Shown here piece after piece: positions 1 to 12,720 of a stretch of DNA of 64,000 nt. The notes below the pieces were generated by a model. It saw nothing but the letters and a program-made list of their open reading frames with translations. It was not told where the DNA came from and ran no database searches. The position numbers were made by a program, and so were the translations under genes. The stretch lies in assembly GCA_028534125.1 (NCBI GenBank), contig CM052816.1, positions 62,436,001 through 62,500,000 on the forward strand, written 5' to 3'. The DNA comes from Lama glama (lineage: Eukaryota). Position 1 is the first letter of the stretch. Each line of letters opens with the position of its first letter.

Positions 1-139
1 GGAAAAAAATGCTTCCAAACTAAATGTATAGATTCTTAGTTTATCTATCTTTTTGGTGCTTCTGTGCCTCAGGTTTTCTTTCTTATTCTTTTTAGAACTA
101 AATCTCTTTGAATGGCTTTTTAATTTATTGAGTGATATG

Positions 140-310
140 ATCTAGTTCAGTGATGCTCAAAGTGCAGTCCCTGGGCCAGCAGCATCCCTAGCACCTGGCA
201 ACTTAACAGAAATGCACATTCACAGGCCCACACAAGACCTGGAGAGTCTGACTCTGGTGGTAGGGTCTAGCCACCTGTGTTTTAACAAGCCCTCAGGTTA
301 TTCTGATGTG
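140..310. mobile_element. MER5A-like hAT-Charlie DNA transposon fragment
   Basis: Typical text CAGTG..CTCAAAGTG...CCAGCAGCATC...GAAATGCACATT...CTGTGTTTTAACAAGCCCTCAGGTTATTCTGATG. Confidence 0.75.
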
Positions 311-429
311 CTAGGGTTGTGGAGTGACATTTAGTGTGAGTGTTAGGAAACTGAGGTCTTAGTCAAGATTCTGTAACTAACTGGTCACTACTGGTAACTC
401 ACTTCACTTAAAGCAAATCTATTACTATT

Positions 430-1960
430 TTTCCCTTTCCTAAAACCCTCTAATGCTCCCCTACAAGCTACAGAACACAGCTGAAACTTTTCATCTCTGT
501 GTAAATGGATCCCTTCTACTTCTACAACTTTCCACTGCTCCTTTCCACTGCTCCCTCAACCTTCGGCTCCAGCACTATCAAAATCTCTGCTCCATTGCAC
601 CTGTTGTTTCTCTGCCAAGAATATTCTTTCTTCCTCCTTCACCTGACTTGACATAAAGAAGTGAAATCAGGTGAAGGAGGTCCTGGGGTCTAAAGGTCCA
701 CGACTTCCACGAAGTCTTCCCTGGCTTCCTCCCTAGATAGGTTCAATGTATCCTCTATTGTTTTCATCATAATATTCTTACTTCTCTGAGAGATGAAAAT
801 ACATAGGTTTTTAACTGGTTGAAGAGGGACAAGAGAGCTTCCCAGGATAAGAGAACAGCTTGTGCAAAGGTCCTGTGCCAGTTGTGAGCATGGTACAAAC
901 AAGGAACTGAAAGAGGGCCTGTGTGGTTTCAGTGGAGACAATGAGAGGGAGCAGAGTGGTACAAAGTGAGGTTGCAGATATGGGTAGGGGTCAAATCATA
1001 CAGCACTGTAGGAAACGATAGGGAGATTTGTTTTTATCCTAAGACCTAGGAAAATTTGGTTACATTTTGAGAAAAGAGTAAATGTAATAAGATTTGCATT
1101 TTAAGAGGATCAATTTGGCCACTGTTTGAAGCTAGCAAGAGCAGATATTGTGCCACCACTTAGGTAACCACTGCAGCTGTGTCAGTGTTTCTCACATTTT
1201 TGGTAGTGGAAACAGAGACAGGAGAATGGATTCGTGAGAGTTTTAGGACCTGGAGATGGCTAGATAAAAGGGGTGAGTAAACAAGGTGGTCAAGGATGAC
1301 ACCAAGGCTTTTAGTTTACCTAGGGAGTGTGTACAATCGTTTATTTAGGGAATACTGATAGAAGACTGGGTTTGGGGAGAGAGCTTATGGATATCAGGAA
1401 TTTGAGGCAATGTCAAGGTCAGTAGTCAAACTCAGAGGGAGGTCAGGGATGAATATAAAACTTGAGATCATCTGCTCAAAGGGGACCTTTATGAGACAGG
1501 TTTTATTGGATTAGTGAAGATGGAAGCTGGTTGGTAATGAACTGAGTAATGAGCAGAAAGTCAGGAAGTAGAATTGGGAAATTTTGTTATGTGTTTTGAG
1601 AAGTGAGAATGTGAAAGAAGGAGAATGCTAGGGGGCTGCTGAAATGGGGAGTGTAGACAAATTAGGGTTTATATGTATTACAGACTGATCGTATCTAAAA
1701 AACTAGAAAATGAAAAAGACCCTGCTGAGGGGGAAAGGATGAATATATAAAGAGGAGAAGAGATAATTGATTGTAAGCTTCTCCAGAGAACAGGAAATGA
1801 TGGAGCCCAAAGCTTCAGTGAAGGAATTAACTTTAAGAAAAGGTTGAGAGAGCTCCTCTATTGCTACATGGCCCAAGGTAGGTGTGCAAGTTTGGTAAGC
1901 AAAAAGTTGGGAGAGTTCCCATCCCAAAAGCTTATAATCTCTCAGTAAAGTTAAAGGCTC
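430..1960. mobile_element. LINE-2 fragments
   Basis: L2-like text such as TGTGCAAAGGTCCTG, GATTTGCATTTTAAGAGGATCA and GGTCAAGGATGACACCAAGGCTTTTAG. Recognised by eye. Confidence 0.65.
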
Positions 1961-2009
1961 AATCAATACGCTGACTCTGAAGGTCCTGCAAACACTTGTT
2001 CTGTTGGTT

Positions 2010-2400
2010 AGCAGAGATGGCTGGTACACCGAATGATGCAGTGAGAAGAACACAGGACTTGACATCAGCTGACTTGAATTCAAGTCTCATCTCTGCCCTG
2101 AAGAACACCTGGACCTTGGTCCCCTTCCTTGACTTGTTTTACTCAGTTGCATTTCCTCATTAGTATATTGGAGAGGATACCTCTCATTATACAGCATTGT
2201 TGTAAAGAGTCAGTGGAAATAATACAGCTCTGCACAAATCTTAGCAGTGTCCATGGTCACAGGATTTTAGAGCCTAAAGTTTCCTTAGGGGTGTCTAGTC
2301 TAAGAATAACTCCATGATAATGGGCACCAAGGAACTGAGGCCCAGAGCAGCAGGTTAGGATGGGAACTAAGTGTCCCATCCATCATGCTCTTCCCACTGT
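2010..2400. mobile_element. MIR SINE fragments
   Basis: TTGAATTCAAGTCTCATCTCTGCC...CTCAGTTGCATTTCCTCAT and GGAACTGAGGCCCAGAG core motifs. Confidence 0.65.
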
Positions 2401-2409
2401 TTCGCTTGT

Positions 2410-2930
2410 CAAGTGTAGCCTTTGGAAGAAATGCTTTATGTGGTTACTTTTTGTTACGTCTCACTAACTTTTTAAATTTATTTATTCCTATTATACCTAT
2501 TTTTGTATATATATGTAAAAATATATATTGAATATATATAATGTATATTTAAAATAAATATATATAGATATATATATTTAAAACAGGGTTTAAAGAAACT
2601 TGCAATAAACATGCTTGTTTCCTTTTACGCCAGTTAAGTGTAGGTTTTAAGTCAGTGTCTAGTAACTGATGATACTGGCTATGTTGGTTACATCTGCCAG
2701 ATTTATACTGCCAAGTAAGGGAAACATTCCTATTTAAATACTCTGAACAAATGTAACATGGATCTCAGTCCCCATGTATGCTCCAAAGCATGACCAGTTT
2801 ATTATGGACAATGAATGTCTTTGTGCCTCTTTGAGAGTATCTTTAAGAAGATGATAAACCAAAACAGATGTATGGTTACCTTCACTTTCCACTCTACACC
2901 CACTGATGGCAACAGATAGCAATCATTCAA
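2410..2930 (+). pseudogene. Endogenous bornavirus-like glycoprotein element (EBLG-a), C-terminal half, decayed
   Basis: Collinear matches to BoDV-1 G: CFLLRQL..WLHLPDL (2685) ~ CEILQSL..WLNHPDI; NVTW..PMYAP..FIMDNE (2750) ~ NVTF..YYPP..YFLNDE; VWLPSLSTLHPL (2870) ~ IGLPSFAFLNPL. A TA-rich stretch interrupts at 2470-2580. Confidence 0.75.
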
Positions 2931-2939
2931 TTAATTTTC

Positions 2940-4030
2940 TTGGGTTATTTCTGCAATATTTGTTTCAGACATCACTCCTCACCATCTTTTGTTCCCATCA
3001 GTCAGTGCTTCGTGTTGTTCTTATAACTATTTTGTACTTCATATCCTTTGCTTCATGTTGAGGTTTAACAAGCCTCTTTCTTCTTTACTGGCCCTTTGAT
3101 ATATTACTCTTATTAGAATGGAAGGGTAAGGGCTGAAAATAGTTTTTTGAACCAAGTCGAAGATTTCTAAAACTTGCAGTTTCCTTTTTTATCAGAATTT
3201 CTCTTCAAAAATCTGGCTAGCAGTCTTGAGAGAGATGTATTTATGCAACAGATACTCATTCGAGATGAATAACATTTTTGTTTGGGTAGGATATTCTAAA
3301 AACACCCTTAAGTTTGAAAAATTCTTAGATTCTGCATGAAATAGTCATGCATTTAACTAAAATGGGCCTTCCAATTTCAACAAGTTTAGAAGACTGACAA
3401 AACTAGATGAACAATTTCTGATGAAACCAAGTCACTGACTGAAACCTAAAGATGGCTATAGTATTTTTTAAAAAATACATGGAAGAAACAGAATAATTCT
3501 TAAAGGTTACTGGATAAATGCTTGATGGTCCTCTGAATGCATTAAGGAGATATTACAGTTGAAACTTGTCAAAAAAGTTAGATGAATGCTGTGAAATGGG
3601 GTCTGGTTGTCTGGTAAGAACTGCTTTCTCTGTCAAAGATCTGGGCAGCACTTCCTAGTTGTGATTCTATTTGCATCAGTAAGATGTTTCCAGTGAGAGA
3701 ATTGTAGCACCGTCCTTGATTTGTGTACCAGGAGATCGCTTTGTAGATAAGAATCTCTTATAACACGGTACTTTTGATTTGACAGTAATCAAGCACTCTT
3801 TGGATGGGATATAAGACAGACTGGCTTCTTTAAGAAAATTACTCCGTACTGAATGGTTTTGGAAAGATATTTCATTCTATTTGCATTTAACAGATGAAAA
3901 GATTGGTTGCCAGAATTTCTTGATGGAATAAAATTAAATTGTTAGCACAAGGTAAGCTAGGACACACCTAATCAAGGCCTGGAATCTGTCCTTTAGAAAA
4001 GGATAAAATCTTTCACAGTTAGTAAGAGCT
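2940..4030 (+). pseudogene. Endogenous bornavirus-like L element (EBLL-a), N-terminal RdRp region
   Basis: SCCSYNYF (~3010) ~ SCLMTYNHF; SFLNQV (3141) ~ SFLDHI; IILKGYWINA*W (~3495) ~ FIKGYVSKNAKW; FVDK (~3740) ~ VSDK; KRLVA/EFLDG (3897) ~ SRLVNALIDG. Many stops and frameshifts. Confidence 0.8.
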
Positions 4031-4609
4031 GATTCTGTTTCCAGAGTCCTCCAGGTGGCCCACTTCAACATGCAAGAGTATAAGCTCTGAATCTATCCCG
4101 TTATGCTCTAAAGCCTTCTTCCGGGTTCTGTCCTCTGGAAAAGGGCCAGCTGGTCATCATTTTCTTTTTACTTATTGGTGTTAAAAATCTTTATTTCCAT
4201 CTCTTTTCTCAGCTGATCAATCCAAATTTATGTAACCTTTTCACATAGGTCCTGATTTTCTCACTCCTGGACTCACCATAACAACCTCCCCGAAACTCTC
4301 TCCAGATTCTTCCCACCCTTGGATGTAATAACTTAATGAGGCTGTCCTGATGCTAGAGGACCTCTGGCTTTTTAGCCCCCAGGCATCAGCCTGCCCATTA
4401 TCCTGCAGCCTCCCACTGCTCACCTTCCTCATACTGTTGTTCTCAGAGCTCCAGTCTCACCTGTGTCTGGAGAGGAGCACACATAACAATCCCCAGCAGG
4501 GCTGCCTGATGGGTAGGAGCAGAGATGTGATTTCAAGATTAACCAGAAGGCACCCCCATTGCCTATTTACTCCCTGGAGCCTGCTCTTCCTTTCATAGAA
4601 GGCAAAGCC

Positions 4610-6620
4610 TTAAATCTATAGTTATACAAAATTTTAATGCAAATATATTTCAAGAGAGATAATAGAACAACTTAACTTACTTTATTTTTTAAAAATTATA
4701 AATGCCTAGTATAAGACCCAGAGTTCATGACTGGAAGGGAAGGGAGCATGAAGAACCTGTGGAGCACAGCTGGGTTAGGACAAGCATCGAATTCGACTTT
4801 GCTTACTCCCTTCCACTGTCACTTCTGATTAGAAGTGGTAACGGTCCCTGAAGATACTGGGTAGTGAAAGGATGCCTTCTCTGATACTCAGTAAGAGCTG
4901 AACTATCCATTACTTAGACCTAGCTCTGAGTATATTACTTCTTGACATATCTTAAAACACACTGATTCTTTCCTTGGCCCTGTCCAGTCTACTAGTTATA
5001 CTATTCAAGGCAATATTCATTTCTGTTCTTGAGTCTTCATTTGTCTTTTTAATTTCTAGCATTTCCCTTTGACTTTGTCTTAAAGTTTCCATCCCTCTGC
5101 TTATATTATCCATCTGTTCTTGAATACTGTCTACTTTTTCCATTAGAGCCTTTGACATATTAACCAAAGTTATTTTAAATTACCATTCTGATGATTCCAA
5201 TTTTTGCATCATATCTGAGTCAGGTTTTTGTGACTGCTTTGTCTCTTCAGATTGAGCCTTTTGCTTGCATTTTGGCATGCCATGTAACTTTTTTGTTGAA
5301 AGCCAGATGTGTTTGCATAGGTAATGGAAACAGAGGTAAATAGGCCTTTAATATGAGGATTTATGATAATCTGGTTAGGAATTGGACTGTTCAATGTTTG
5401 CTGTAGCTGCAGGTGCCAGTGTCTTGAAATTCTTCTAGTGCCCTTGGCTTGTCTTCCCTCTTGACTCTGGGCTTCCCTCAGTATTCCTCCACAGAGACAG
5501 TCTGTGTCTTGCATATCTTTGAGCTATAATCCACTGCAGTTATACTGGAGCCCTCTTGGTGCGGTGGTAAAATGTGAGGAAAGTGGAGCATTCTATAATA
5601 TGATTAGTGGTCCTGTACTCAGGTCTGTGACCTTCACCATTATTTTCCCACAGTGTAGCTTTTATCTCCCTCCTTAGGCAGAGTGGAGTGGGTAGGAGGG
5701 TAAGAAATGTCCTTCTCCCAGCTGGGATCAAAGGCCTTACTAAGTAGGTCTTTGATGAGAACACTGGGCCTAATTTACATGGATTGCTCTTTCTCAGATC
5801 TTTACCATGAGAACACTGCGGAGTTTCTGGAGGTAAACGCATGTAAGTGTAGGTCCCCCCAAAACTGTGTGCTTCGAGAGTTTCTCATTCACATGCTAGC
5901 CCACATTCAATCTCCAGCAAGTCATCAAAATGACCACCTAAGTGTTTGTACCTGTTTGTGGATCTAGCAGCTTCTGTTTCAAGTAAGGACATCTTACTGT
6001 TACTTTCTGGATTCAATTTTCTCTCTATATTTTGGGGTGGTGGTTTGCCCTATACCTTCTGTTCTCTGATGAGGGTTCAAAAACGTCATTGATTTTCAGT
6101 CTGTTTAACTGTTTCTTACTGTAAAGATGGGAGTGATGACTTTCAAGCTCTTTGTATCAGAGCTGAAACTGGAAGTCTTCTTTATGCAAATTTTATTTTA
6201 TATTATTTCTCCAAGTGCATTCCTCTTAGACAACATGACTGTTTTTTTTAATTGAAGTTACAGTAATTATATTCACATTTATACATGAATCAGGTCTGAC
6301 ATTAGAGGAGTTGAAATACTAAAACAAGATACCTTTAGAAAGCAGAGCATTAGAATGGATTCTGGATTCTACTGATGGGATCCTGAGAATAAAGAAATCT
6401 TCTTCTCCACTACAACTACTCCTCCCCCATGAAGTGTTATGTCAAAGTTACCTTGGTATGGGGCTCAAGCTGGTTTAACCTAGACATTGAAAAACAAACT
6501 ATTTTCACTTTAAGGAAATGTCTCATTTTCCAACTGATTCTTAGAGATCAATGTAAACCATTATTCCCTGTTTTATTCTACCACATATTCAATAAACTTG
6601 CAAATATTCTACTCTTTCTT
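4610..6620 (+). pseudogene. Probable endogenous bornavirus-like N element (EBLN-a), split by an L1 insertion
   Basis: LEVVTV..VVKG......AE (4830-4905) ~ LEISSI..VVIG......AE. After the L1: YMNQV ~ FMDQI, and YLG..KL..PR ~ FLG..KLAPR. Weaker than the other N copies. Confidence 0.45.
4950..6180 (-). mobile_element. Old L1 (L1M) 5'/ORF1 fragment
   Basis: ORF 4952..5167(-) encodes the L1 ORF1 coiled-coil (EKVDSIQEQMDNISRGMETLR...SRLDRAKERIS). Confidence 0.85.
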
Positions 6621-7649
6621 TAAAGGTCAACTCACAGACCACTTTGTAAATTAATCCTCCTCTGATTACCTCAAGTGGAAGTGACTTCTCCCAGCTCTTC
6701 TTTAATTATTACAGTGGTGTGCTGGAGGCAGTTCATATGGTTCATAAGTGCTGAATGTGAGCTTGAAGCTCTTCCCAATTGCACACTCACAGTGACATTG
6801 TATTGGTAGTCTGAACTCAGCTACTGTGGGAGTTACATCACTGAAGTCAGTAAACACTGTAAATCAAGGCTTTTTTTTTTATTACCCTACAAATATAGTT
6901 AAACATTTACCATCACATTACTATTGTGTGTGTCAGTCCTGTGTCTGTAGATAGACAGGTAGAGAAATATTGAGAGACAAAGATAGAAAGAGAAAGAGAG
7001 AGACAGGGAGACAGACAGACACGATAGCTATTTATGTACTTATGTCTTATTCTAATCTGGAGTTTCTTAAGTTTAGACGTAGTGGGCAGGTGTTATTTTT
7101 ATTCCTTAGTATCCATTTTTTCTTTTGAATCAGGGAACCATTAGTCCCCTATTAAATTCTTGGTCATTTGGGGGTCTTTAATTCTCTCTAGGTTCCAGAG
7201 GCAGACATGAACTTGATAAATCAGTATATTGGTTCTCTCTGGCCACAGTGATTGGTTTAAGGATAGGCACATGGCACAAACTGAGCAAATCAAAGCCCAC
7301 CAGCCCTGAGACGTTAGTTGAAACTACTAGAAAAGCACTGTCTTTCCACAGAGGTCCTAAGTTGACAGACAGTAAGTTTGGAGATTCTGGTGGCCATTTA
7401 GCTAATGCAATGGTAGCGCCTGTCTAAGAATAAAGTCAACGCAAAGAAACAAAGACCCGTTCAAAAACTGAAGAGAGAAGATTGCTGATAACAGGCAGCT
7501 AGATCTATACCGAAGCTGCATGCTTTTTCAGATATGCGAACTAAGGGTTTTTTAATATTGACTAGTTTGAATTGGGTTTCTGTCAGTGGCAATCAAAAGA
7601 GCCCTGACTAAAATAGCAATAAGATACATTATCTTTAAGAATTTATTCT

Positions 7650-8120
7650 ATTACTAAATGAAAGAAGCCAGTCTGAAAAGGCTACAAACTGTATGATTCC
7701 AACCCAATGACATTCTGGAAAAGGCAAAACTACAGAAACAATAAAAAGATCATGGTTTCCAGGGGTTTGGAGAGAGGGAGGGAGGAATGTACAGATGGAG
7801 CAGAAGGGATTTTTAGGGCAATGAAATTATTCTGTATGATCCTATAGTTGTGGCTATGTGTCATTATGCATTTGTCAAAGCCCATAGAATGTACAACATC
7901 AAGAGTGAACCCTAAAGTAAACTATGGACTTTGGTTGATAATAATGTGCCCATGTTGGTTCATCGATTGTACCAAATATGCCCCACTGATGAGGGATGTT
8001 AAGGGTAGAGGAGTATACATGTGTGGGTGGGGAGGGCTATGAGGGAACTCTGTATTTTCTGCTCAATTCTGTTGTGAACCTGAAACTGCTCTAAAAGAAT
8101 AAAGTTGATTTAAAAAAAAA
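7650..8120 (+). mobile_element. L1M 3' UTR fragment with poly(A)
   Basis: GAAAGAAGCCAGTCTGAAAAGGCTACA...GTAAACTATGGACTTTGGTTGATAATAATGTG...AATAAAGTTGATTTAAAAAAAA. Confidence 0.85.
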
Positions 8121-8179
8121 TCATTCTAGCCCCGTATCTGTCTGTAAAGAGGCTCAATAATTATTTGTTGGATGAAAGA

Positions 8180-9400
8180 AGGAATCTGATGTAAAACACA
8201 AATGCAAAGCTTGCTATTAATCTGGGAGATGTTTATCTGAGTGGCTCCTTCTTATCAGATTGCATCCATTTTGAAGGATGAAGAAATTGTGTCTTACTCC
8301 TTGACCTTTATTCCCTCTTTGATGTTTGACTTTTCCTTGTTTATTATTTGAAGACATAATTTCATTAGATAAGTAAGCCATAGTAAGTACTTCTGTCTTA
8401 GACCCTTAAGGGTAAGGTTTTAATTCTTTAAAACATAAAATGAAATATGAAAATCCTTATCACTCAATAGATGAGCTATTTGGAAGTGATTTTATTTTAG
8501 GCTTAAAAGAGAATATTACTCTAATGATAAAAGAAACTGTAAGAAAGTACAAATTTTTAAAAGCTGACTAATACTATAAATGCTCTAAGTATAGAAAAAA
8601 TAATAATATTTGTTATTAACTGACTACAAGAATTCTTTTTTCTATTTGCATACTATGTGATGGCTTTATCATATGACAACAATTTTGTGGTATCATTTTC
8701 TACAGAGAAAATAGATAATCAGTCTTTCCTCTCATATAGGTCTCCTTTTTGAGGTCATCCTCAATAGAACTCTCCTTCATTAAAGCAAGCAAACAAACAA
8801 AAAACAGCGAGTTTCACTTCTTGGTGGCTGCTTCTGTGGGTAACAGAGATGATTACTGAGACGGACTTTAAAGCCAAAGAAGCCTGACCTCCCTTCCCTG
8901 TTTGAGCTGCAGGCTGCCACCTGATCCTGCTTCTCTTTCTAGCTCCATATTATATTTTATTTTCTCTAGTTTCAAACCACCAGTTGATGAGACACATCTT
9001 CAGTGGCCACAACACTTGGGTGTTGTGTCAGACACTTTGTGGGGATATATATAGCCACATAAAATATGGTTCCTGCTTCCAATAAGAGCCAAGTCTTTTC
9101 TCAAATGACACAGAATGGTAAGGGTCAGATGTAAGGCACCAGCCAAAGGCTGTGCTAATTCGGAGGAAGGAGGGAGTGCATTCATCCGCAGGATCAAGGT
9201 CTTGAAGAAAAGACAGAATTTTTCGTGGCAACTGGATGTTAGATTGGACTTTCTTGTTCTCTCTGAATTTTAGCTAAGGCCCCTCAAGCAGAAAATAGAC
9301 ATAAAATACCTAAATGGAATGCTAAGTGCTAAGGAGCTGCTAGGCTTCATCTGTGAATGACTAAGAGTTAGCCAAACGGGAGCTGAGACTCTTCACCTCC
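8180..9400 (+). pseudogene. Endogenous bornavirus-like N element (EBLN-b), near full length, split by L2
   Basis: ESDVKH/NA ~ EKDIRQNA; PSLMF (8313) ~ PSLVF; LQEF...NNFVVSFST (8624-8704) ~ LQMF...GSFVLSLLT; PFP..CH/PD...LAP (8890-8947) ~ FPF..RHPD..LAP. After the L2: AEN...ASSVND*ELAK (9290-9376) ~ KEN...GASVKETQLAR. Confidence 0.75.
8990..9230. mobile_element. LINE-2 3' fragment inserted inside EBLN-b
   Basis: TGTGTCAGACACTTTGTGGGGATAT...ATGGTTCCTGCTTCCAATAAGAG, typical of the L2 3' end. Confidence 0.55.
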
Positions 9401-9466
9401 CCCATCAAGTGATGAGGGATGCTGTGGGATTTCCCCTTTCCTCACTGAGAGTAAGAGAAAGGAGGG

Positions 9467-9838
9467 TGTTATGGACTGAACTGCCTTCCTCCAAAATTCA
9501 TATATTGAAGCTTTAACTCCCAATGTGACTACATTTGGGGACAGGACCATAAAGGAGGTAATTAAAGTTAAGTCAGGTAATAAAGGTGGGGCTTTAATCC
9601 AATAATGTCTTTATGAAAAGAAAAATAGTTACCAGGGATGTGTGGGCACAGAGGAAATGCCATGTAAAAACACAGTGAAAAAATGGTTATCTGAGAGCTA
9701 GGGAGAGAGGAGAAACCAACCCTGCCAGCACCTTGGTTTTGGACATCCAGCCTCTGAAACCATGAGAAAATAAATGTCAGATGTTTAAGCCACCCAGTCT
9801 ATGGTATTTTGTTATAACAGTCCTGGCAAACTAATATA
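9467..9838 (+). mobile_element. MaLR LTR (MLT1A-like)
   Basis: TGTTATGGACTGAA...CCAAAATTCATATATTGAAG...TTTAAGCCACCCAGTCTATGGTATTTTGTTATAACAG...AAACTAATA. Confidence 0.85.
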
Positions 9839-9844
9839 GGGAGT

Positions 9845-10340
9845 TCCAATCAAGAGCAATCCTAGGAAAACTTCTTGTAGGGATAGAGAATGACAATAAG
9901 AAGGTAAGACTGACATCTCATCCCCCAGGATTTGTTAGGGTACGTGAAGTTAGGGACACGATGAGGTTGGTTGTGTTTGACTGACTTTTTTAATACCTAA
10001 AGTTGAACTGTCCTCACTAAAATGAGAATGTACTTGAGATCTCATTAGGGAGCATGGAAAGTAGATTTCAAAGATCATGTTTGAAAGGAGTAGTTGGTGG
10101 ATTGTTCAGATTGTTCACTAAACTGGTTACACATGCAAAACTGAGACCCTCCACACTACAAATATCCATTTGTGTCACTAATCTCATTGAATATGCTCTA
10201 ACACAAGTGGTGGATTTATTTTATGGCATTGATATTTTTTAAAAAGCTGCCTAGTATTTTATTCAGAATAGAGTCCCCAGGAATCAGATTTGTGGATTAG
10301 GAGAGGAACATAGTATAACAAATATTGTCTATATTTCCAT
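9845..10340 (+). pseudogene. Endogenous bornavirus-like N element (EBLN-c), N-terminal two-thirds with internal deletions
   Basis: ILGKLL ~ LPGKFL; SHPPGFVRVREVR (9916) ~ DPHPGIGHEKDIR; ORF 10054..10242 SCLKGVVGG..AKLRPSTL ~ SLLIGVVIG..IKKRFKTM; ESPGIRFVD* (10271) ~ ESPGKEFMDQ. Confidence 0.8.
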
Positions 10341-10399
10341 TTTGCCTTTCTTCTCTAATACTAGAGAAGGGCAGGATCCTCTAAATTAAAATAATGATT

Positions 10400-10520
10400 A
10401 TTGTCCCCCCTCCCTGACCAGTGATTAAAGTTGCATCATAACCATCTAATCATAATACACTTGCCAACGTTAACTGATGGGTGTTTTGGTGCATTTTCCA
10501 GCAGACAACATTATGGCTGT
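10400..10520 (+). pseudogene. Short EBLG fragment (EBLG-b)
   Basis: GCFGAFS/ADNI (10479-10512) ~ WGFFGSYSADRI. It is also a nucleotide-level direct repeat of 10810-10865. Confidence 0.6.
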
Positions 10521-11549
10521 TACAAATATCTGTTGTCTGTCTGTCTCTCACTCATAGACATTCTCTTCCACTCTGTGTGTGTGTGTGTGTGGTGTGTGTG
10601 ATATGTGTGCTAGAGATAGAGATAGATAGAGTTTAAACATTAGAATTCTCTGAAGTTTAAAATCAACTTCTTGACCAATGGAAGTATTTAATAAATTATA
10701 TAGATGACTCCACAGAGGGTGTTAATTATCTGTTTGTTCTTAGCTCAGAAATTGCACAATTTCAATCAATGATGATTGAATTTACAAGTCATTAACATGA
10801 TACCAGCGCAATTGCCAACATTCACTACTCGGGTGTTTCAGTGCATTTGCCAGCAGACATCATACCACTACCAGTACTGCTGGCATATTTAGTTGGCATC
10901 TCACTCAAGTAGTTCTCATGCTTGGGATGAGAATATGAGCTATTAGCTTTTCCCCTGCACCTTCTCCTTTAGGGCTTGTAGGGTAAATAAAAAGCTTAGA
11001 TTGTTCTGAGTACCAGGATACTGCTACAACAGTGCAGAGAAAAAAATCAGAATTCAAGTGAAGGAAATAAGCAATACATTTATAGTAATTATATGAGGAA
11101 GATGATCAAAAGTCAGATAATGCCAAAATACCAATTACTATGTGGTCAGTGTAAGCAGTTTGCCAGGGAAATTCCAAAGTGGTATAACAAAAAGTCGTCC
11201 TTCACTGCTAGACAAAGTTAACCTTGTTAATATCCATGTTATCCTGAATTGAGCTTGATTTGAAGACATTTACAAATACTTATTTTGCCTACATTTCTTT
11301 CATACTAATATATATATATATATATAGTTAGTGATCACAACAACTGAACAGAAGGCAGATAAGGAAGTAACTCACACTTGGTCATCAATCTTATGGAAAG
11401 AACTCACACTGCAGCATAAACCATCATCTGTTTTTGAAATTCTACAATGAACTGATTCACTTGCTTGATAATTACCAGCTTTAGTTACCTACCCTGTGAC
11501 CTTAGGGTGATCGGGAATTCCTTCCACTGCTCCTGTTTCCATACCAACC

Positions 11550-11987
11550 GTGATAAGCCAAAAAAATGGCCCCAAAAGAGATCCATGTCAAATCCCCAGA
11601 AACTGAGAATGCTACCTTATTTCAAAAAATGGTCTTTCCAGATGTATGTAAGTTAAAATCTCGAGAAGAGGAAATAATCCTGTATTATCTGAGTAGAGAC
11701 ATACAGACTTACAGAGAAGACCCACACACAGAGAGAAGAAGATGTGAAGACAGAGTCAGAGATTAGGATAATGTTGCCTAAGGAAGCCAAGGAATGCCGA
11801 GAGCCGGCAGGAGCTGGAAGGGGCAAGGAAGGATACTCCCCTATAAGCTTTAGAGGAAGTATGTCCCTGTTGAAAGATGCCTTGATTTCAGACTTACGGA
11901 CTCCAGAACTATGGGAGAATAAATTTCTGTTGTTTTAAGCCATCAGGTTTGTGCTGATTTGTTATAGCAGCCCTATGGAACTTACAC
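11550..11987 (+). mobile_element. MaLR LTR (MLT1C/D-like)
   Basis: AATGGCCCCAAAAGAGATCCATGTCAAATCCCCAGAA...CCAGAACTATGGGAGAATAAATTTCTGTTGTTTTAAGC. Confidence 0.85.
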
Positions 11988-12194
11988 ACCACTAAATACA
12001 CCCCCCCAACACACACACACCCTTTTACACACTATTTGGATCACTGCTATCACTATTAGTTTAATTTACCCTTAAAGTTATGTTGGGCCTACTGTATGTT
12101 TTACAAAAAGTTCCCATTGAAATAACTCCAGATCAGCTTGAGGAGAATATAACAGAGATGACTCACAGAGTCTGGTTCCATTTAACACAGGATT

Positions 12195-12720
12195 CTGGTT
12201 ATCTCTTACTGCTTGACAAATCACCCCACAACTTGGCAACTTAAAACAAAATTATTATTTTCTCTCATGGTTCTGTGGATTGACTGAGCTCAGCCAAGTG
12301 GTTCTTACTTTGGGTCTCTCCTATCAGTTGAGATCACAGGGCTGCTCTGAAAGTCCTATTGGGCTGGATATTACAGACTCACGCTTACGGTGATCTTTGA
12401 TCCCAGCCTGCTTCCTGGGGCACCTACATGTAGCCTCTCCTGGTAGCTTGGCTTTCTCATAGGATGGTACCCAGGTTCCCCGAGTGAACATCCCAAGAGA
12501 AAGTTTTCCAGAAACAAGAAGAGGAAGTGCCAGGCCAGGAAAGTCATCCTGCTATATTTTATTGTCAGTCAAGAAATTCAAGTCTTACCCAGATTCAAGG
12601 GGGTGAAGATATTGACTCTACTTCTTGATGAGGGAATATCAAGGTCATATTGCAGAAGAGCCTGTGAAATGCAAGATATTTCTGTAGAGTTCTTCTTTAG
12701 AAAGTATAATATGCTATGCA
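12195..12720 (-). mobile_element. MaLR LTR (MLT1 family)
   Basis: ACAAATCACCCCACAACTTGGCAACTTAAAACAA...CCAGATTCAAGGGGGTGAAGATATTGACTCTACTTCTTGATG. Confidence 0.75.

Noticed and set aside
6429..6623. ORF with KQT..R..P and HIFNKL resembling L pre-motif A
   Set aside because: It is isolated from other L motifs, and another frame gives N-like motifs that continue EBLN-a. Left as ambiguous.
8624..8725. IDNQ as polymerase motif C (GDNQ)
   Set aside because: The surrounding sequence fits nucleoprotein better and collinearly (LQEF, FVVSFST, then LAP). A better motif B-C-D series is at 20010-20260.
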